Source: Fidelibacterota bacterium
Lineage (GTDB): Bacteria > Fidelibacterota > Marinisomatia > SCGC-AAA003-L08 > D37C17
Length of the DNA stretch: 23,417 nucleotides
Direction: 5' to 3'
NCBI GenBank assembly: GCA_036338305.1
Contig: JAYZCM010000052.1
Span: 1-23,417, forward strand
Shown here: one piece after another, positions 18,269 to 23,417 of the stretch
Layout: every line of letters begins with the position of its first letter
Position numbering within the stretch: the stretch's first letter is position 1
Program-made: the position numbers and the translations under genes
Notes under the pieces: generated by a model
Database searches by the model: none
Seen by the model: the letters and a program-made list of their open reading frames with translations, nothing else
Told to the model about the DNA's origin: nothing

Positions 18269-19376
18269 CTAATTAGCCTCCAATTTAGATAATAAATATG
18301 AACGAATAAATGAATCAATATTGCCATCCATTACTGATTGTATATTTGATGTTTCATTTTTTGTTCTATGATCCTTAACCATATTATATGGATGAAAAAC
18401 ATATGATCTTATTTGACTTCCCCATCCTATATCTTTCTTTTCTCCTGCTTTTTTATTTTGCTCTTCACTAATCTCTTCGATTCTTTTCTGATAGAGTCGC
18501 GCTTTAAGCATTTTTATTGCAGTATTTTTATTTTTCAATTGACTTCTTTCATTTTGACATTGAACAACAAGCCCAGAATCTATATGCTTTATACGAACTG
18601 CTGAGTCTGTTTTATTTACATGTTGCCCTCCAGCACCACTAGCTCTATATGTATCAATTCTTATATCTTTTTCGTTAATTTCAATTTCAACATCATCATC
18701 TACCTGTGGCGATATAAAAACTGAAGCAAAAGAAGTATGTCGCTTAGAATTACTATCAAATGGAGATATCCTTACTAACCTATGCACACCTCTCTCTGAT
18801 TGTAAATTCCCATACGCAAAATCACCATTAATCTCTAAACTTACATCTTTTATGCCAGCTTCATCTCCATCTTGATAATCCAATAATTTTACTTTATATT
18901 CATTTCTTTCACACCATCTTACATATAGCCTATAAAGCATTGAAGCCCAATCTTGAGATTCAGTGCCTCCAGCACCTGGATGAATATTTAAAATTGCACT
19001 TCTATGATCATCAGGACCATCTAAAAGTTTCCTCATTTCCACCTTTGATAAAAAAGTAGTAAAAGAATCTAGTGCTAATTGAGCATCTTTATGAACATCC
19101 TCACCATCAGCAAGTAACTCAGCATATAAATCTACTTCATCACAATATGAATCTAAGTCTGTCCACATTTTAATTTCAGACTCGAAAATACTTATCTTTT
19201 TAAGAATGTTTTTTGCATTAGAATTATCATTCCAAAAATTTGCATCCATTGTTTTATCTTGAAGAGATTTAATATTTGCCAATATTCCATCTTTGTCAAA
19301 GATAACCTCTCATTTCAGAATATTGTTTCTTTGCAATTAAAAATTTTTCTTTAAAATCTTGTATGTCAAACTTCAT
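18269..19376 (-). CDS. prfB: Peptide chain release factor 2, expressed via programmed +1 ribosomal frameshift: join(19376..19299, 19297..18269) on the minus strand
   Basis: The downstream frame (track ORF 18269..19282) carries the RF2 SPF motif (RISPFDS) and the GGQ motif (SGAGGQHVNKTDSAVR). Upstream, ATG at 19376 opens a 26-codon frame, MKFDIQDFKEKFLIAKKQYSEMRGYL, that ends in TGA at 19298..19296. Slipping +1 on CTT TGA C continues as DKDGILANIKSLQDK..., joining the long frame exactly. Confidence 0.95.
19295..19310 (-). promoter_or_regulatory. RF2 autoregulatory +1 frameshift cassette (internal SD-like AGAGG, 3-nt spacer, CTT TGA C)
   Basis: The minus strand reads AGAGGTTATCTTTGAC. Compare the E. 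coli prfB cassette AGGGGGTATCTTTGAC. It has the same slippery CUU, the same in-frame UGA followed by C, and the same spacing to the SD-like element. Confidence 0.9.
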
Positions 19377-20181
19377 TCAATTCTCGGATTTCATTTTTAT
19401 TTATTCTTTTAATGGTTTTAATGATTTTATATGTCTCCAGAACATCATGTACTCTCAATATATTTGCACCATTCTGAATAGCTAAAACAGTTGCAGCCAA
19501 GGTTGATGGCAATCTGAATTCTGGCTCGTCATTATCGATTGATAAAAAAGATTTTCTTGATAAACCAACCAACAATGGCAATTCAAACTGTTTAATCTTA
19601 CTTAAATTTAATATAATACTATCATTATCCTCTATTCGTTTCCCAAAACCTATACCAGGATCAAGTATAATATTTTCATTTCTTAGTCCACATTTATGAG
19701 CTATCTCTAACTTTATTTCAAAAAAAGAAATTATTTCATCAATGACATTTTCATAATATGGTTTTATCTGCATATTCGAAGGATCACCTTTCATATGCAT
19801 CAGAATCAAGGGGCAATCATATTCTGCTGCAATATGAAACATAGCATTATCATCTCCTCCTGATTTAATATCATTTATCATAGAAAAACCATTTTGAAGC
19901 GCAAATTTTGCCACCTCAGGCTTATAAGTATCTATGGATAAATATTGCTCATCCATATTATTAGATTCAATAAAAGTAGATAAACGTTTCAATTCAGTAT
20001 TTAAATCTATTGAGGATGAAAATGGACGTGAAGATTCGCATCCTACATCGATAATATCTGAATATTTTAAAAAATTAGGATTCTTGTTTATATAATCAAT
20101 AGAATTATTTTTATAAAAAGAATCTGGAGTTACATTTAATATGCCCATTATATGGACAGAATCAACAGAAATATTATGCAT
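19366..20181 (-). CDS. folP: Dihydropteroate synthase
   Basis: The product is 271 aa. It has the pterin-binding signature VHIMGILNVTPDSF, then DIIDVGCESSRP, SIDTYKPEV, ILDPGIGFGK and a C-terminal ILRVHDV. It sits in the conserved ftsH-folP arrangement. Its last 11 nt overlap the prfB start. Confidence 0.9.
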   Translation of the reverse strand: MHNISVDSVHIMGILNVTPDSFYKNNSIDYINKNPNFLKYSDIIDVGCESSRPFSSSIDLNTELKRLSTFIESNNMDEQYLSIDTYKPEVAKFALQNGFSMINDIKSGGDDNAMFHIAAEYDCPLILMHMKGDPSNMQIKPYYENVIDEIISFFEIKLEIAHKCGLRNENIILDPGIGFGKRIEDNDSIILNLSKIKQFELPLLVGLSRKSFLSIDNDEPEFRLPSTLAATVLAIQNGANILRVHDVLETYKIIKTIKRINKNEIRELNEV

Positions 20182-20183
20182 TA

Positions 20184-22151
20184 CTAAACTGCAGGTTTAG
20201 TTTTTGGTAATGCAGAAGAATCGACATCAGATACTTTTCTTTTTTTTCTCCTTACACGTTTCTTTTCAATATTTGTATCTATCCTAACTATTGTTTCACC
20301 ATTTATAACCTGATTCATCTCATCTCCTGATATGGATTCAAATTCTAGCAATGCTTTTGCAATCGCATGAAGTTGCTTAATATTATCATTTAGAATCTTA
20401 TCAGCATCTGATTCTGCCTTTTTAATAAATCTAGAAATTTCTTCATCTATGGTTTTTGAAATTTCATCACTATAATCTCTAGCATGAGATATTTCTCTTC
20501 CTAAAAAAACCTCTTCAGATTTCTTACCAAAAGTAAGTGGACCAATCTCATTGCTCATACCCCATTCACAAACCATTTTTCTAGCAGTATCTGTAGCAAC
20601 GGCAATATCATTTCCAGCTCCAGTTGAAGTATCATTAAAAATTATTTTTTCAGCACACCTTCCACCCATAAGAATATTCAACCTACCTAATAAGTATTTC
20701 TTTTGATAATTATATTTTTCTTTTTCAGGTAATTGTGCTGTAAGCCCCATTGCCATTCCTCTTGGAATAATTGTAATTTTATGAACAGGGTCAGCATTTG
20801 GGGTATGAAATGCAACCAGTGCATGCCCTGCTTCATGATATGCTGTTATCTCTTTTTCAGTGGGAGTTAAAATTAAGCTTTTTCTCTCAACGCCCATCAT
20901 AACCTTATCTTTAGCTTCTTCAAATTCTTGCATTGATACCATTTTTTTACTTTTTCTTGCAGCCAATAAAGCTGCTTCATTTACTAAATTTTCAAGATCA
21001 GCTCCGACCATACCGGGAGTTCCCTTAGCAACTATTTTTAAATCCACATTTTTGCTTAATGGTATATTTTTTGAATGGATTTTCAATATTGCTGCACGAC
21101 CATCCACGCTAGGCACATCTACAACTATTTGCCTATCAAATCTTCCAGGACGCAACAATGCTTTATCTAAAACATCTGGCCTATTTGTAGCAGCTAAAAG
21201 AATTACAGAATCATCAGTATCAAAACCATCCATCTCTACTAAAATCTGATTTAGGGTTTGCTCTCTTTCATCATGTCCACCTCCTAATCCGGCCCCTCTA
21301 TGACGGCCAACAGCATCTATTTCATCAATAAATATTATACTTGGAGAACTTCTTTTTGCCTGTTCAAATAAGTCTCTAACTCTTGATGCCCCAACACCTA
21401 CAAACATTTCAACAAATTCTGCACCACTAATAGTAAAAAAAGGTACATTTGCTTCACCTGAAACAGCTTTAGCCAATAAAGTTTTACCAGTTCCAGGAGT
21501 TCCAAGCAATAATGCCCCTCTTGGTATTTTTGCGCCAATTTTTTTGTATTTAGCTGGACGTTTTAAAAATTCTACAATTTCTTGCAATTCAACTTTTGCC
21601 TCATCACAACCAGCAACATCTTTAAAAGTAGTCTTAGGCTTATCAGGAGAAATGATTTTTGCTTTACTTTTGGCAAAATTAAAAATACCACTTTGCCCCC
21701 CTACTCCTTGCATTTTTCTCATTAAAAAGAACCAAAAAAATATAATTAACAGCCATGGCGAAAATTGAATCAAATATTCAAAAGCACTTGTTGTTTGTTC
21801 TTCAAAGCGATAAACAATACCTTTTTCATCCCATTTTTCTGTCATTTCCAGGCTTACTTCAGGCAATACAGTTATAAAATTAGAAAAATGCTTAGGTTCT
21901 CTCATCCCAGGCTGCTCAACTACAATAGGCTCTTTAAATTTCCCTCTAAAAGTTTTACCTGTAATTTTGCCTGACTCCACAACCCCATCATCAATATATA
22001 TTTGAAATTGAGAATATGTCAATGTAGTAGGTTTGTAATCTGTTGAAAAAAATTGCAAAGCTGTTATTGCAATTATTATTATTAATACCCAAATAATAAA
22101 ATTACTACTTATGGTTTTCCACATATTATTTTGTTCATTTTTTTTATCCAA
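20184..22151 (-). CDS. ftsH: ATP-dependent zinc metalloprotease FtsH
   Basis: The product is 655 aa with two N-terminal transmembrane segments. The AAA module has Walker A (GTPGTGKTLLAKAVSGEA), Walker B (IIFIDEIDAVG) and SRH (ATNRPDVLDKALLRPGRFDR). The zinc site is HEAGHAL. The track start at 22151 is TTG; the ATG at 22124 (MWKTISSNF...) is an alternative. Confidence 0.97.
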   Translation of the reverse strand: MDKKNEQNNMWKTISSNFIIWVLIIIIAITALQFFSTDYKPTTLTYSQFQIYIDDGVVESGKITGKTFRGKFKEPIVVEQPGMREPKHFSNFITVLPEVSLEMTEKWDEKGIVYRFEEQTTSAFEYLIQFSPWLLIIFFWFFLMRKMQGVGGQSGIFNFAKSKAKIISPDKPKTTFKDVAGCDEAKVELQEIVEFLKRPAKYKKIGAKIPRGALLLGTPGTGKTLLAKAVSGEANVPFFTISGAEFVEMFVGVGASRVRDLFEQAKRSSPSIIFIDEIDAVGRHRGAGLGGGHDEREQTLNQILVEMDGFDTDDSVILLAATNRPDVLDKALLRPGRFDRQIVVDVPSVDGRAAILKIHSKNIPLSKNVDLKIVAKGTPGMVGADLENLVNEAALLAARKSKKMVSMQEFEEAKDKVMMGVERKSLILTPTEKEITAYHEAGHALVAFHTPNADPVHKITIIPRGMAMGLTAQLPEKEKYNYQKKYLLGRLNILMGGRCAEKIIFNDTSTGAGNDIAVATDTARKMVCEWGMSNEIGPLTFGKKSEEVFLGREISHARDYSDEISKTIDEEISRFIKKAESDADKILNDNIKQLHAIAKALLEFESISGDEMNQVINGETIVRIDTNIEKKRVRRKKRKVSDVDSSALPKTKPAV

Positions 22152-22152
22152 A

Positions 22153-22707
22153 TCAAGCTACCTTTTCTTTTATTTTTTTAATACTTGGCAATCCTCTTAA
22201 TAATTGCTTGTAATCTAATCCATAACCTACATAAAAACCATTGTCAATTTTAAAACCTATCCAATCTATAATAAAATCCAACTTTTTCAAGTTTTCCCTG
22301 TATAACATAGTTACAAATCTTAATGAATTAGGTTTATATGTTTGAATGTGATTTTTTAAAAAATTTATTGATAAGCCTGAATCTATAATATCTTCTACGA
22401 TAATAACATCACGACCTTCTAAATTTATGCTTACATCCTTTATTAGTTCAATAGAACCAGAACTCTTAAAATTATTACCATACGAACCTATTTTAATAAA
22501 ATCTACTTCATAATCTATTGTAAGATTTCGGATCAAATCTGACATAAATAAAAATGCTCCATTTAACACACAAATCATAACTGGCTTATTATTTTTGTAC
22601 TTCCTAGAAATATCTAATCCTATTTCTTGTACTTTTTCTTTTATTTCATTCTTAGAAATAACATCTTCAAACTCTATTTTCTTACCTCCATCAAAAAATT
22701 CCATCAT
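22153..22707 (-). CDS. hpt: Hypoxanthine(-guanine) phosphoribosyltransferase
   Basis: The product is 184 aa. It has the PRPP-binding motif VIIVEDIIDSGLS and a type I PRTase fold pattern (VMICVLNGAFLFMSDL). It sits in the conserved tilS-hpt-ftsH synteny. Its start overlaps the tilS stop as ATGA. Confidence 0.9.
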   Translation of the reverse strand: MMEFFDGGKKIEFEDVISKNEIKEKVQEIGLDISRKYKNNKPVMICVLNGAFLFMSDLIRNLTIDYEVDFIKIGSYGNNFKSSGSIELIKDVSINLEGRDVIIVEDIIDSGLSINFLKNHIQTYKPNSLRFVTMLYRENLKKLDFIIDWIGFKIDNGFYVGYGLDYKQLLRGLPSIKKIKEKVA

Positions 22708-23417
22708 TTAATCCATTCTAATTTTCGATAAGTTGAAGAAGTGGACAATGAAATCTCACCATGCAATAACCCTGGAACCCAAATGATTTCATTCTGAGAG
22801 TTTAGTATTACCGGCTGAGTCATTTTATCAATAATTGATAATTTATTATTAATAAACAAATCACTAAGAATAATAGTTTCTTTTGATTTATAAGAAATCA
22901 TTTTATCTCCTTTGCACCAAGACCGAACAACCAAACCTGATCTATATGTCTCAGCAGGTAAGATCATAATATTTTTATTTATAGAAGATTCAAAAACATC
23001 TGCTTTTGCAATATCAAATTTTGTCAAATGCCATTGAGTTGAATCTTTTAACTGAAACTTGTTATGTGAAATTAATTTTTCAAAATCTTTCATAACAATC
23101 AATTCTTGTCTATTAATTGCAACCACAAGATTATCTAAATAAAATAATGAACTAGATTTTGCATGATTAACAAAGTTAGAAAATTCAATCCAAAAAGATT
23201 TTTTTTTATTATTTATTTTAATTTTAAATAATTTTAATATAAAATGACTAAGAAATAACTTCATTTCTTCTATAGAATATCTTTTCAATTGAATCTTATC
23301 AATTACAATTGAATAGTCATCATGATTTAAAATCAATTTATTTTCTTGACTCTTTATATTATGTATAGAAGAATTAAATCTTATCAAATTTCGTCTAGCA
23401 GTGTTCAATATATTAGA
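22704..23417 (-). CDS. tilS: tRNA(Ile)-lysidine synthase, C-terminal part (N-terminal PP-loop ATPase domain lies beyond the window)
   Basis: The frame is open to the window edge. The track M at 23408 is a TTG, and the preceding codons TCT AAT ATA are in frame with no stop. The C-terminal region, WCKGDKMISYKSKETIILSDLFINNKLSIIDKMTQPVILNSQNEIIWVPGL, matches the TilS C-terminal substrate-binding domain pattern. Its position upstream of hpt-ftsH is the conserved one. Confidence 0.75.
   Translation of the reverse strand, partial: SNILNTARRNLIRFNSSIHNIKSQENKLILNHDDYSIVIDKIQLKRYSIEEMKLFLSHFILKLFKIKINNKKKSFWIEFSNFVNHAKSSSLFYLDNLVVAINRQELIVMKDFEKLISHNKFQLKDSTQWHLTKFDIAKADVFESSINKNIMILPAETYRSGLVVRSWCKGDKMISYKSKETIILSDLFINNKLSIIDKMTQPVILNSQNEIIWVPGLLHGEISLSTSSTYRKLEWIK

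Noticed and set aside
13093-21974. Plus-strand track ORFs 13093..13317, 16749..16937, 18413..18604, 20860..21249, 21544..21768 and 21765..21974
   Set aside because: Each is fully embedded antisense in clpC, lysS/permease, prfB or ftsH. None has a recognisable domain. They are shadow ORFs.
1-23417. tRNA/rRNA genes, CRISPR arrays, IS elements, integrases, prophage or toxin-antitoxin pairs
   Set aside because: Non-coding space is limited to gaps of 195, 108, 56 and about 48 nt, none with cloverleaf-capable or repeat-spacer structure. Every long ORF has a housekeeping or signalling assignment. No terminal inverted repeats or direct-repeat-flanked insert was seen by eye; an exhaustive repeat search was not possible without tools.

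Overview
This is a gene-dense, AT-rich bacterial chromosomal window. I support 18 protein-coding genes, 16 on the minus strand and 2 on the plus strand. I found no rRNA, tRNA, CRISPR array, transposase, integrase or long repeat.

Most of the window is core housekeeping in conserved synteny. On the minus strand, tilS (partial), hpt, ftsH, folP, prfB, lysS, two LolC/E-type permeases, lolD and clpC are packed with overlaps or spacers of 0-2 nt. dnaK follows. At the left end are leuS and a partial secreted alpha/beta hydrolase; the ORF track omits the hydrolase because it runs off the window edge.

prfB needs the classical +1 programmed frameshift (CTT TGA C at 19301..19295). Its true start is therefore 19376, not the track's 19282. 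Several leading M residues in the track are actually TTG or GTG codons (3312, 5303, 14414, 16781, 22151, 23408).

The only accessory-looking region is 3.3-9.2 kb. It holds a three-gene minus-strand signalling operon:
- a cytoplasmic hybrid histidine kinase (GAF, DHp, ATPase, REC, REC);
- a stand-alone receiver;
- a protein with two tandem ATPase-less DHp (HisKA-like) repeats, a receiver and a class III adenylate cyclase.

This operon is transcribed divergently from an orphan PomA/PomB-like motA-motB stator pair. My best reading is a multi-step phosphorelay whose output is cAMP, possibly linked to the stator pair. A Detocs-like (kinase, buffer receiver, receiver-effector) reading is possible but weaker.

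I see no convincing defence island or mobile element. The rest of the window should be treated as ordinary.

The source organism cannot be determined from the sequence. The Lol system and an OmpA-like MotB indicate a diderm. ClpC with a UVR motif and an MIEYNF-type LeuRS N-terminus fit a streamlined, low-GC, possibly FCB-group or marine uncultivated lineage, but that is a guess.
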